A DNA stretch of 64,000 nt, from contig OX597815.1 of assembly GCA_951406725.2 (NCBI GenBank), positions 4,526,001 to 4,590,000 on the forward strand. Direction: 5' to 3'. The DNA comes from Octopus vulgaris (lineage: Eukaryota). Position numbers and translations under genes: made by a program. The notes beneath the pieces were generated by a model. The model was not told the origin of the DNA and made no database searches. It was given only the letters and a program-made list of their open reading frames with translations. This document shows, piece after piece, positions 25,218-38,335 of the stretch (its first letter is position 1; every line of letters begins with the position of its first letter).

Positions 25218-25841
25218 CAGGGTGTTCAAAAAATCTCTCCACAGTAAGTATTTTATTGCTAAATAAATATTTATAAGATGGTATAAAGACTTACAAAAGA
25301 ATATATTAGACTTTACAAGACTTTAAAAAACTTTATAAGAGGTGTTGAAAGTGTCGGCCTTCATTTTCAATACATAAAATTTAATTTCTCTTTTACTGTC
25401 GTGTGAGCACTTCCTGGGTTGATCTCCGTTTCCTGTGACAATTTGCGTAGGGACTTTGATGGGCTTGCCAACAGTTTGTCAGAAACATTGGAGAGTGTTT
25501 CGTCTGGAAGAACAGGAGGCCTTCTGCTTCTTGCTGCATCTTCCACTGAGCCTCCTGGGTTTCTAAATTTTCTTATCAAATCCCTGCACAGTGTCACGAT
25601 GTTCAACAACAGTATTTGGAAAAGCTTCACTGAATTTCTGTTTCACAGTATCTGTGTAATTGGTTCCAGCTGGAAACATCCACTCAACTAAAAATGTACG
25701 TCCTTCAATGGTTGCACACTGAAGGGTACTCAATGACTAAAGGACAATGGCTGACACCTGGTCACCCACGCAGTGATAGCCATGTTGCACATGTGCAGGA
25801 TCATAAAATATTCACTGCGGAGAGACTTTTTGAACACCCTG
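25218..25841 (-). mobile_element. Tc1/mariner deletion derivative with HTH remnant
   Basis: 28 bp TIRs cagggtgttcaaaaaatctctccacagt / actgcggagagactttttgaacaccctg. LIRKFRNPGGSVEDAARSRRP...SPSKSLRKLSQET. Confidence 0.85.
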
Positions 25842-26676
25842 TTGCAGAATTCTAGATTGCAAAGAATTTCACTCCTGTACAGCATCAGTATAGGAATACA
25901 AGAGCCAAGAACAGATGAGAATATTCTTGTTGCTAGCTCAAGGCATCCCTATAGAAATTTTGAATCCTATTAAGTTGTTATATTAAAGCTTCCCTGAAGA
26001 TCTCAGATGTTCTTTTCTTATAAATCATCTATACCCTGTTAATACCCTAACTACTCAAGTTTCTTTAAACTTACTTTCAACAGTGGTAGTTGTTTGATCT
26101 CAAGTTAGTCCTCCTCAATAGTTATGATCAAAGATATTCCAACCATGATCGTCTCATCATTTTGTATATCCAAAACCATCACAATCTTCATTTTATAAGC
26201 TACTTTCCAAACAAGCCTTGGTTTTGGACAGGTCGCCATGCATACAGAGTCAGCTTGTATATCAGGGGAATAGCCAATCTACATCGTTCAGAAGCCTCAT
26301 TTTTGGTTTGGTTTCTGTAACTAGATATTTTTCCTAACACCAACCAACTTTGCAGAGCATACTAGGTTACATTCCTGTGGCGCCAGCATAAGAAGTACCA
26401 CAATACTCACAAGATTAAGGGTCCTCTAAACTTCACACTTTATACACTATAGTAGGTGCATTTTCCTTGACAGGGAACCTCACAGTCCTACATCTCTGCT
26501 CATTCGTTGGCCTCTCCGTAGACTGCTTCCTTTTATTTCAAGATGGTAGGGAATGGTATGAAAGAGATTCGATTCATTTTTAGCAGTTACAATGTAGAGC
26601 AGTGATTCTCAACTGCTTTTTTACCTATGGATCCCTTTGATTTCTAAATTTCAAAAAAATTGTTATTGCTAAAATA

Positions 26677-27778
26677 CAGTGATATCTCACAGTACAAGTT
26701 TAATTCGTTCCATGACTGAGCTTGTCTTACGATTTACTTGTTTTACAAATCAATTTTCATCATCATCATTTAACATCCGCTTTCCATGCTAGCATGGTTT
26801 GGACGATTTTGACTGAGGGCTGGTGAACCAGATGGTTGCACCAGGCTCCAATCTTGATCTGGCAGAGTTTCTACAGCTGGATGCCCTTCCTAACGCCAAC
26901 CACTCCGAGAGTGTAGTGGGTGCTTTTTATGTGCCACTGGCACGGGGGCCAGTCAGGCAGTACTGGCAACAACCTCGCTCGAATCTTTTTACACATGCCA
27001 CCAGCACAGGTACCAGTAAGGCGATGTTGGTAACGATCACGCTCGAATGGTGCCCTTTTACATGCCACTGGCACGGAAACCAGTTGGCTGCTCTGGCAAC
27101 GATCACGCTCAGATGGTGCTCTTGGGCACCCTGCTAGCATGGGCACAAGTGCCAGTAAGGCGATGCTGGTAAGTATTACTTGTCACCCCTCAAATTAACT
27201 AAAATATAATTAATCCATTCCAGCCCCTAAAACCCACTCAAAAATAATTTCTTATGGGTTTTAAAAACAGAAAAGGTGTAGTTACAAGTAAAATGACAAT
27301 TATAAAAAAAGAGAATCATCATCATCATCGTTTAACGTCCGTTTTCCGCACTAGCATGGGTTGGACGGTTCGACCGGGGTCTGGGAAGCCAGGGGTTGCA
27401 CCAGGCTCCAGTCTGATCTGGCAGTGTTTCTACAACTGGATGCCCTTCCTAACGCCAACCACTCCACGAGTGTAGTGGGTGCTTTTTACGTGCCACCTGC
27501 ACAGGTGCCAGGGAGGTCTGGCATCGGTCACGATCGGTTGGTGCTTTTAACGTGCCACCAGCACGGAAGTCAGCCAAGGCGGCGCTGGCATCGGCCACGT
27601 TCGGATGGTGCTTTTTATGTGCCACCAGAACAGAAATATGCAAACTGGTTTTATTAACTGAATTTCCTTAAAGATGGGACAAATTGTGCGCTTGTACTGC
27701 GGATTTCCGCTCGTACTTGAAAAATTCACACAAGTCTTGGCTCGTATAATGGGGTACTCGTACTGCGAGGGTCTACTG
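26677..27778. mobile_element. pogo/Tigger-like MITE split by two RTE-UTR insertions
   Basis: TA|cagtgatatctcacagtacaagt and actcgtactgcgagggtctactg|TA termini. Confidence 0.65.
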
Positions 27779-28965
27779 TATTTTGTGTATTGTAGAAGTA
27801 TAACCAAGGATATAGTAGAAAACATTTGTCCAAGGTGCCACACAGAGGGACTGAACCTAGAACCATGTGGTTGGGAAGTAAACTTCTTACCACACAGCCA
27901 TGCCTTCATTTTTCACCAATGCTTTTGGCTAATATGACAGGCCCTGACATTGTTTGGCTCCCATCAACCCAAGTTGACTCTAAGCTGACCTGTGACCAAA
28001 GGCATGCCACCATGACCATCATTTTTTTTCTTTCTTTAGGAAGACTGTATCTAGAACTATATCATTAAATATTTATTATTGGCCAATGCCAGCACCGCCT
28101 CGACTGGCTTCCGTGTCGGTGGCACGTAAAAAGCACCAATCTGACCGTGGCCGATGCCAGCCTCACCTGGCACCAGTGCAGGTGGCACGTAAAAAGCACC
28201 CACTACACTCACGGACTGGTTGGCGTTAGGAAGGGCATCTAGCTGTAGAAACATTGCCAGATAAGACCAGACCCTGGTGCAGCCTTCTGGGTTCCCAGAT
28301 CCCCGGTCGAATCGTCCAACCCATGCTAGCATGGAAAACGGACGTGAAACGATGATGATGATGATGATGACAACCATCACACAAGGTATATGTAATCTCT
28401 GAGACTTCTAAGAAAAAATTTTAGTCTCAAAAAGAAAAAAATTTTTAAATAAACTCCATCTTTGTTCCCAAATTCTTATAAATTTTTACTGTTACTCCCA
28501 AATTCTAAGGATGGTGTAATAGTAAATGTGCTCTTTTATAAAATGGCAATATTTGAGGGAGATCTAAGACGGCAAGCTGGCTGAATCATTAGCACATCAG
28601 GCAAAATGCTTAGCAGTATATCATCTGTTTTCATGTTCTGAGTTCAAACGCCACCAAAGTCGATCTTACCTTCCATCCTTACAGAGTGGATAAAATAAGT
28701 ACCAGTTGAGCACTGGGGGTCGATGTAGTCAACTTAACCCCTCCCCCCAAACTTGTTGGCCTTGTGCTAAAATTCGAAACCAGTATGAGGGGGATTTGAC
28801 TGCTCTTTCTTGATAAATCAGCCACTTCAAGGTGACATTTTGTTGAGGCAATTATCTTCACTGCTGGACGTCCTCCCAACTCTGCAGTTTTTTTTTGCTT
28901 TTTTTTTCTTTTTGCATGTGTTTGCGTATTTTTCTTGCGACTAAATTTCTTATCCTCTTTTACAG

Positions 28966-29185
28966 TTGTGCAGCAGGTGCAGCTGGAGCCGCCCGTATGA
29001 GTTTGCCACCAGTTCTAACTCAGGGGTGTTCACAACGAAAATGTCTCGAGGTCCCAAGCCCCTGCTTCGGACATGTTCCAAGCAACAGCTCCACTGACAC
29101 AGAAGCTGATGACTCGACAACCTGCCTGGTCCTAAGTGTTCCGTCAAAACTTAACATTGTCGCCCCATGGGAGGATACTGATTAA
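28966..29185 (+). CDS. Terminal coding exon, probably of the same gene as 937-1113
   Basis: Polypyrimidine tract plus TTTTACAG acceptor ending 28965. Unique frame CAAGAAGAARMSLPP...KLNIVAPWEDTD*. Phase 2 acceptor matches the phase 2 donor at 1113. AT-rich UTR-like sequence follows. Confidence 0.75.
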
Positions 29186-30627
29186 CCGTCATCGTTGTTT
29201 ATTATAATTATTTTAACTCAAATTAACATTAATAATTACTATTATAATTACATCAACAACTTTTTATCTAATATCTAATTATTTTTATTTACATATTTTT
29301 CTCTGGCACTTCAATTTGATCGTTAGTCTATAATGACACAGATAATTACATAGAACTGGACATGGTGCTTTACAGCATCTCTTAGGTCTCACAACGTTCC
29401 AAGTTCAATTCCTTCTCAAGTCAACTTTGTGTTTCATCCCACCAGTGGACGATAACAGAAACATCAATAATATATAGTGTACAAATGATTCCATGAAATA
29501 TACCAAATATATTCACTTCGGTACCAACGTAGAAACTACGGTGTACCTTGTCTAAAGAAAATATTTGGACTATAATATTTTACCGGAAGATAAACTACCA
29601 GAAAATACCAAATAATGCCAGAGATATCAGACGTGTCAGAAAAATCTTCAACTGCAAAAATACATTCCTAATGGTTATATAACTCAAAAAATTCTATGCA
29701 TTCTTAAACTGTATCTGCTTAAATATTATTTGTTTATGTGGTGAAAAGAGAAGTTCATATATATGTGTATGTATTTTTTTTATATAGACATACATACATA
29801 TACACACACACACACACAAAAGACATATATAAAACACAATATATACATATATGCAATATATATGTATATATATATATATTTGTTATTCTTAAGCAAGCAT
29901 ATCACTGACAGTGACTCCGAAGTTTCAGTCAGCTAAACCATCATTGGACAGTGATGCATTGACATTAATCTTGGCTTTATCCAATCTCTGTTGAATTAAA
30001 ATCTTCCTTGGGGTTGAGTGGAGTGGTAATTAGGTTGTAGGGTGGATTGTTATGGAAAGGTGTTTTGGAGAAATTTTTATTAGATTAAATTTGACAATGT
30101 AAAGGTCAAATGTTCAAAGTTTAGTCCAGTATTTAAAAACTTAGCAATTGACTATAGGTATGTTACATTTTGTAATTAAATATTTTAGGGGTTCACAAAA
30201 GGTAAGTAGGTGGTGTTTTAGCTGGTCAGTTTCATTACTTGTTATTTAGGGAATTTTCTGTTTTTAGTCATTGTTAATATTTTTGCTTAAGGATAAAAAA
30301 AATTTGTACTCTACAAAAGATTAGAGTAACTCAGCTGATTAATGCAAAATTGTTTTAATTTTTAACATAATTTTTAACATAAAAATAAACATTAATATAT
30401 ATTTAGCAAGGTGACAGGGTAACACTGTTAGTAGGATAGGTAAGGACGGTGGGGGCAGCGTACAACTATAAAAGAGTATAATTTATTGACACACACACAC
30501 ACATATGCATATTCATTAGTATACAAATACAACTACACATACACAAACAGGCAATTGTATAGAAGTGTGGGAATATGTACTTTACTTGTGGGAATGTGCA
30601 GGTTATAGAGTGTGTGTATAAATTTAA

Positions 30628-30848
30628 CCCATTAAGTCCCAGAGTTCTTAAATTTCTGAATATTACTTTTAAATTTTTACAGATGATTGAAAATAGGTTA
30701 AAATGAAAGAAAAATAATTATTAAAACTCCTTTACTTCAAGTAGAAAAGGAAATACTCGGTGTCCTATAAATAGGACACTGAGACAATGTGATATAGCTT
30801 ATTTATGCTCTCAAGTGTCCTATTTATAGGACAGTGGGACTTAATGGG
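30628..30848. mobile_element. piggyBac-like MITE
   Basis: TTAA|CCCATTAAGTCCCA...TGGGACTTAATGGG|TTAA with two internal tgtcctatWWataggaca palindromes. Confidence 0.85.
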
Positions 30849-31205
30849 TTAAAGCTTACACTAACAACTGCTATCATTTCATAGAGCTTCATAAACAGGG
30901 TCTTACTGGATATAAGATATACTTTTCTGCACCAGCATAGATAAGTGGATGCTAAAATGACGAGGACAATAATGATGATGATAATTGTACTCCAATTATT
31001 TTACAATTACTAATAGTATAAAATGTTAATCATTACTAAATGTTTTACACATAATTAAATTTCACACATTCTGAAACACAAGAGTCATCATTGTGGGGCT
31101 TTTTTTTTTTTCATCTATTTTTTTTCTTTTAATTTTCTGAAACTGCAATTCCTATCTATAAATCCATTTTAAAAGAGAAATATGGTGTGTGCGTGTGTAT
31201 GTATG

Positions 31206-31241
<36 letters not shown>

Positions 31242-31483
31242 AATATGCATATATATATTTGTATATGTATAAATATATGTAAATGTGTGTGTATGTATAT
31301 ATAAAAATTTAACAAAAACATATCAAACAGAAAATTTGTAGCTAACTCCTCATCAGAACACATACACACACACACACACACGTATATGCAGAAACATGCT
31401 TATGTACATATATATATGTATAAGCGTGTGTGTATATATATACACACACACACACACATATTTGTACAAAAGTGTGTGTGTTT

Positions 31484-31522
<39 letters not shown>

Positions 31523-31546
31523 ATGAGATAAAATATTTACATAGTC

Positions 31547-31624
31547 AAAAATATGGAACACTTCATGAATTTGCATGCCATCCTTGCACAGAGTCCATGC
31601 TAATCTTCTCTGCATCATTCCAAA
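31547..31624 (-). pseudogene. U6: 5'-truncated U6 snRNA pseudogene
   Basis: Reverse complement reads ttggaatgatgcagagaagattagcatggactctgtgcaaggatggcatgcaaattcatgaagtgttccatattttt, colinear with the 3' ~75 nt of U6. The 5' stem-loop is missing. Confidence 0.92.
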
Positions 31625-32236
31625 TGACGACCACCTTGACTTTTGCTTCAGAAACTGTAGAAGATTACAGCATGCAAATTCCTGGATCCTAGCATGAAAC
31701 TAAGGGATAGAAGTAACTACTGACTACATATACCTAAACAGGTATATATATATATATATATATATTCATATAAAATAATATTGCACTTCATGTTTGAAAC
31801 TGCAATGAAGCTTTAGAGTGATACACGAGCATCCAGCTCCAAGCGCATTGCATCTTGTAGCAGAAACAGCTGTATGCTAATGAAGTTGATGACATAATCT
31901 CCTACTCCATCGGCATTCTAATTTCTAATATATATGTGTGTGTGTATCATCATCATCATCATCATCGTTTAACGTCCGTTCTCCATGCTAGCATGGGTTG
32001 GACGGTTCGACCGGGGATCTGGAAAGCCAGAAGGCTGCACCAGGCTCCAGTCTGATCTGGCAGTGTTTCTACAGCTGGATGCCCTTCCTAACGCCAACCA
32101 CTCCGTGAGTGTAGTGGGTGCTTTTCACGTGCCACCTGCACAGGTGCCAGGCGAGGCTGGAAACGGCCACGGTCGGATTGGTGTATTTTATGTGCCACCT
32201 GCACGGAAGCCAAACGAGGGGGTGCTGGCACCGGCC

Positions 32237-32282
<46 letters not shown>

Positions 32283-33859
32283 ATAAATACAGACATATAC
32301 ATATGTATATATATATATATTACACAATTACACACACATACATATATTACACACACACACACATTTATGTTTTAGCACATACCTATAGTTACTCACACAC
32401 ACACACACACACAGAGGCATGCATGCACACACATGAACTGCACTTTAATCAATGTATACATGTATACCCATGTATAAATGCATGCATTAATATGTATGAA
32501 TGTATATGTATAAAATATACATGTGTGATGATGATGATGATGTGTGTGTGTGTGTGTGTGTGTGTGCATTATAAAGTTAGGTATATATATAAACATGTAT
32601 AAATATGTTATAAACATATGTGTATATACACATATAGACACAAATATACACATTTCTGGCTAAATGTATGTATATACATATGTGTGTGAGTATAAACTTA
32701 AGTATATATAAACATGTATATGTTATAAACATAATAGACACAAATATACCTATTTCTGGCTAAATATATGTATAAACATATACGTGTGTGTGTGTGTGTG
32801 TGCATAAACTTATATTATTTTTTATTCTTATCTGTTTTCATTGGTTTCCAGCAATTTTAACAGATGAAAAAAAAAAAAAACACAAACTAAAAATGTTGAT
32901 TGTATGCAAATTTTTCCTTTGGATCACATTTTACCTAAAAAAAAAAAAAAAAAAAATTGCATTGAATTTCTATTAACCTGGCTATTCAGTTTTTGCCTTC
33001 TTTTGCCCACCACCCAACATTTCTTTTTTTTTTTTAATACCAAGTTGCTGGGGTGAACTTTGCCTTTCACCTCCTTCAACGGAGGAGGGCAGTCTGTCAA
33101 ACATTTGTCGATATATTCTCTCGAAAATTTGTTGGTCTTGTGTCGATATCAGATTTTAATATTATATTGTTTTATATAAAGGTGGCAAGCTGACAGAATC
33201 GTGAGCCATGCTGGGGGAAATGCTTTGGGTCTTTATGTTCCCAGTTCAGATTCTGTTGAGGTCGACTTTGCCTTTCATCCTTTCTGGGTCGGTAAAATAA
33301 GTACCAGTTAAGCACTGGGGGGAGGGGGGTTCGATTTAATCGACTTACCCCTTCTTCCTTGAAATTGCTGGCCTTGTGCCAAAATTTGAAACAAATATTT
33401 TGTATTATTTTATTTCTGGAGGGATAGGGTGGGGGCTTTTGTATTTTTCTTTTTGGTTTTTTTTTTTTTTTTTTTTTTTCTTCCAGCAACACCCAGATAT
33501 GACAAGAGTAGATTACACATACAGAAATATAAAACGTAAAGCACAACAGACCAGACATTGTGATCTGGAATCAAGAAACAATGTGCACAGCAAGCATTAA
33601 CATAATTTCTGGTGACCTAACAAGAAATTTGCAAATACAACATCCATAAAAAAGCTCTAGGATTTATACCTCTAATTATTGAGAGGGATCTCTTAGTTTA
33701 TATTCTGTCTCAGTAACAATTATGAGAAACAGATTAAAAAAAACCAGGTACACCACAACTCTTCAGAAAAGGTGGCACTAGTGCAATGACAGTACATAGA
33801 ATAATGCACAGGAATTGAAAAGTGAGCCGTTTAAAAGAGGGAGCAGGTGTGTTGTTAGC

Positions 33860-34020
33860 AAGTTTCAAGAACCATGGAAGTTTTGAAGGATGTAGAGTCC
33901 TGATAGCTAACAATCAATGCTGGTAGTTTATTCCTCGTTTCAGCAATTCTGAGCATGAAAAAAGGGTTTCCGAAAGTCATGGGTGCTGTGTTGTTTTTTT
34001 ATTTTGTAAGCATGTCCAGA
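33860..34020 (-). mobile_element. CR1-group LINE 3' fragment, same family as 55735-56365
   Basis: GHAYKIKKQHSTHDFRK...NKLPA...SFKTSM. Confidence 0.7.
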
Positions 34021-35309
34021 ATTTTAGCTTGTAGAATGTGCATATACATAGACATACACACCTATGTATGTGTGCACGTGCATTCATAATCTCTTAAACA
34101 ATGACACGCAAACATACATGCACATACACGTTCAATACTTCCGAGTCGAGGCCTAATATCATCACGTTGGGCAGAGGTAGGAAAGGGTTTGATAGATACA
34201 GCGTGAGCCCCGAGTGGTGGATTGTTGGTGGTAGACTTCCTGGTGTTGTAAATTCAGGGTTCAAATCTGGCCTCTTGTTGATGAAAAAATAGAATGCTGG
34301 TTCTTTCTGGAGTTGCCAGATAGTATTAGATATGAAAATATAGTTCCTTTGGCTCAAATAAATCAACTGCTACATATGTGTGTGTGTGTGTGTGTGTGTG
34401 TGGAGGGTTTGTATGAAAAAAGGAAAAGCAGTTTTCTGAGCTGTCTTGCTGGGTGGTGCCTCTCAATATGTGCTGCCTCATAGAAAGCATCTAGTACACT
34501 GTAAAGTGGTTGGTGTTGTTAGGAAGGGCATCCAGCAGTAGAAACCATGCCAAAACAGACAATTAGAGCTTGGTGCAGCTGTCCGGCTTGCCAACTTCTG
34601 TCAAACTGTCCAACCCATGCCAGCATGGAAAGCAGACGTTAGATGACGATGATGATGATGATGACCAAAGTAACCCATCCTATCCACAGAAGCACAGAAA
34701 ACGGATATAAAATGATAATGTGTGTGTGTGTGTGTGTATATATCTTTATATACAAGCTTAAATAGGAAGAGTGTAGATCCATAATTATGAACATGTGTGT
34801 GAATGTATGTATGCTTGAATAGGATGCATTGTAGATCTATAAATGAGTGTGTGTGTGTGTGTGTGTGTGGAGAGGAGGGAGAGAATTTACATTCATTGTA
34901 CTGAGAGAAGCAACCAGCTGCCATGAATATAGAAATGATTTCACTCAGTTGATTACATCTGTTTATCTCCCCCACACACACACCCTTTTACACCCTCTCT
35001 CCCTCTTCACACGTTTTCTCACAATCAATACCTTACACACACACACACACACACACAATGCCAGAGTACACATTCTTAGCCAGATGATTAATAATACACA
35101 TGAAAAATGCTACATGAACACGCAAATACACAATATTCAATATGCTCTTGCATATAAGTGTGTGTGTGTGTGTGTATGTATGTGTATGAATACACACACA
35201 CGAGGAAATTAAAGATATTCATCTATACAGAGATGGATACATTCAGACTCACACAAACACGCATTAAGAAATGGTACCATATATACGCACATTTATGAAT
35301 TAATGCAAA

Positions 35310-35317
35310 CGTGTGTG

Positions 35318-35364
<47 letters not shown>

Positions 35365-35386
35365 GTGTGTGTATATATATATATTG

Positions 35387-35456
<70 letters not shown>

Positions 35457-35497
35457 ATATATGTGTGTATATATATGTGTGTGTGTGTATATATATG

Positions 35498-35571
<74 letters not shown>

Positions 35572-35592
35572 TGTGTGTGTATATATATGTGC

Positions 35593-35678
<86 letters not shown>

Positions 35679-35725
35679 GTACTCTTGTGAATTAACACAC
35701 ACACACATGTATACATACATACATA
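35310..35725. repeat. Compound (TG)n/(TA)n microsatellite
   Basis: Direct inspection. Confidence 0.95.
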
Positions 35726-36012
35726 CCAAAGAAAGGAAACAAAACTCAGATTTCTATCTTTGGATCAAATAAACAACTGTTGAATATTCCTTTGAAAGTA
35801 AGAAATGTGGAACGTGACACTGATGATGGTGGTGATGACGAAGACGATAATACCGATGACTGATGATGGTAACGATGGTGGTGGTGGTGGCTGTGATATT
35901 TGTGGCGATGATGATGATGATGATGATGTTGAAGGTATTGGTAATGATAAATGTGTTTGTGTAAGAGTGTTATTGTATGTATGCATGCAGGTGAGCAAGC
36001 ACGTCACATAAT

Positions 36013-36043
<31 letters not shown>

Positions 36044-36099
36044 TTATAAGCACACTATGTAATCACTGTAAAAATAAAATTACATGTACACACATATGT

Positions 36100-36148
36100 A
36101 TGCACATAAATATGCCTCAGACACACCACATACTATATATACAATATG

Positions 36149-36184
<36 letters not shown>

Positions 36185-36508
36185 GACATACCACATACTA
36201 TATATACATACATACATATAGACGCACCACAATATATACACACACAGATATAGACACACCACATACTATATATATATATATACATACACACATATAGACA
36301 ACACATACTATATATACAATATGTATCTATATATATATTTATATATACACACACACCACATACTATATATACACACATACATATATAGACACATCACAAT
36401 ATATACACACAAATATATATAGACATACCACATACTATATATACACACACCACATAATATATACACACACACCACATAATATATACACACACACACACAC
36501 ACATATAT

Positions 36509-36547
<39 letters not shown>

Positions 36548-36685
36548 GACACCACAATATATACACACATATAGACACACCACATACTATATATACAATA
36601 TGTATATCTATATATATATATATACACACACACACATATACAGACATACATATATAGACACACTACATACTGTATGTACACACGC
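36100..36685. repeat. Higher-order microsatellite-derived array (agacacaccacatactatatat motif)
   Basis: Recurrent caccacata/caccacaat anchors separated by TA/CA runs. Confidence 0.8.
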
Positions 36686-37029
36686 AAATACAGTTTGTAA
36701 ATCTTTGTTTGAGGACATTTAAGGGGGGGAAATTGGTGGAGTTGGATAGAACATGCTGCAGTGTTTGTTCTTACACTCTATGCTCTGAGTTCAAATCCTG
36801 CCATGGTCAACTTTGCCTTTCTTCCACTTTTTGTGGTGGGGTCAATAAAAGAAAATGTACCCTTCCAAGGTGGTGGAATTGTAAGAACATTGGACCAAGA
36901 TTTCTTGCAGTATTTCTTGTTTTGTCTCTTTGCATTTTGTGTTCAAATTCTACCCTGGTCTACTTGGCTAGTTGACTTAATCTGCTGCCCATTTTAACAC
37001 CACTAACTGGCCCTTTCGGCACCTTTTTA

Positions 37030-37335
37030 AACTGGCCCTCTGTCAGTAATGAGAACAAGGGTTCCAACTGATTCAATCAACAGAACAACCTGCTCGTGAA
37101 ATTAATGTGCAAGTGGCTGAGCACTCCACAGACACGCACACCCTTAACATCTCGGGGAGATTCAGTGTGACACAGGATGTGACAAAGCTGACCCTTTGAA
37201 ATACAGCTACAACTCATTTTTATGGAGCAATGTGAAATAAAATGTCTTACTCAAGGACACAATACACTACTGAGAATTGAACTCACAACCTCATGATTGT
37301 GAGCTTAATACCCTAACCACTTAGCCAAGCACCTT
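37030..37335 (-). mobile_element. tRNA-derived SINE (further family; similar head at 57310-57430 on +)
   Basis: Minus strand tggctaagtggttaggg...gagttcaattctc...tgtgtccttgagtaagacattttatttcac. Confidence 0.65.
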
Positions 37336-37479
37336 CATTTGGGTGTCTAACCTGCCAGTTTGATATTTGCCTCTCCATCTTACTGGTCTCAAGGAGTCTG
37401 TAAAAGGGAGTGGACACTGCCTTCTTTCCCAACTAAAACATTTTTTTAAAAAACATGCACATATCTAAATTTCTCGCCC

Positions 37480-37730
37480 AGTTTAATGCTACAGCCTATG
37501 CCTTGGGTCCCTTTAGTTGGGCCCACATTACTCTGAGCATTCTTCCTATGTCTTTCTGAAGCACTGAGAGAAGGGTTTCGATGGCTGCACAGGAGCTGCC
37601 CTTTCTGCTCGAATATAAATAAGCACATCACACACACACAGAGTCCTACTGAAATTCACGAGCACATCAATGCATGCTGGTACACATGCAACCACTTTTA
37701 TAGGCACATGTGAACAAAAACAGAAAACAT
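37480..37730 (-). ncRNA. Candidate structured RNA, H/ACA-like 3' half
   Basis: Unique sequence with three hand-foldable hairpins, an ANANNA hinge (atagga) and AAA in place of ACA. Confidence 0.25.
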
Positions 37731-38059
37731 CTGCAACAAGTATTTTTGAAATGCACAATATATCCTGTCTTTCTTTTTCTTTTCTTTATTCCATTCTTGA
37801 TATTCCAAAAAAACATTCTAACATACCACCCCTTGTATACAAAATATATATCTATGCATATACAATTCTATACACACACACATATAGTGAAAACTGAATC
37901 AAGGTTAGTTTTGATGACAATTATGCCATCAAAATTGGAAGATTCCAGGTGAAAAAAAAAACCCACCAGAGATGCTTTGCCCCACACAAGAATTACAGGA
38001 GTTGCACTGAGGTTTTACAAGCCCTAATAAATCCATTGCAATGTTGAGAACCCTTCTGT

Positions 38060-38335
38060 ATTGAAGTTATCTCAAGGTCACAAAGCATTTCACCCTTTAT
38101 CCTGTACACTTCACCTGAATGGGGGCAGTGAGGACCGAGATAGTTTTCACCGACAGATGGGTTCCACTTGTGGTCTCTTATCAGCCATAAGCCTCTTTGA
38201 GCTAGTTTCAGCTGCCTTGCCTATTTCCAGGATGATTTTCTTCAGTTGAATGGGTTTCAGGTCTGTCTTCAGCAGGAAATAATGCACTGATCAGGACGAA
38301 AAGCTGTGGCAGCTGGCTTCAATGAGGAATTACTT
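38060..38335 (-). mobile_element. Hero-like (RLE-type) non-LTR retrotransposon 3' remnant
   Basis: FLIEASCHSF...EIGKAAETSSK.LWLIRDHKW fits the PIEVGCRGF...AAE.AS.WLW..R...W C-terminus. Confidence 0.65.

Noticed and set aside
31985-32602. 205 aa ORF and the many ORFs containing LQLDALPNANHS
   Set aside because: Antisense translations of the RTE 3' UTR running into microsatellites.
35223-36687. Overlapping YI/CV/HT-rich ORFs (also 62968-63370)
   Set aside because: Simple repeats that lack stop codons.
37895-37912. Telomerase RNA template-like CTAACCTTGA upstream of the structured island
   Set aside because: Two mismatches to CTAACCCTAA, and no convincing pseudoknot or CR4/5 was found by eye.
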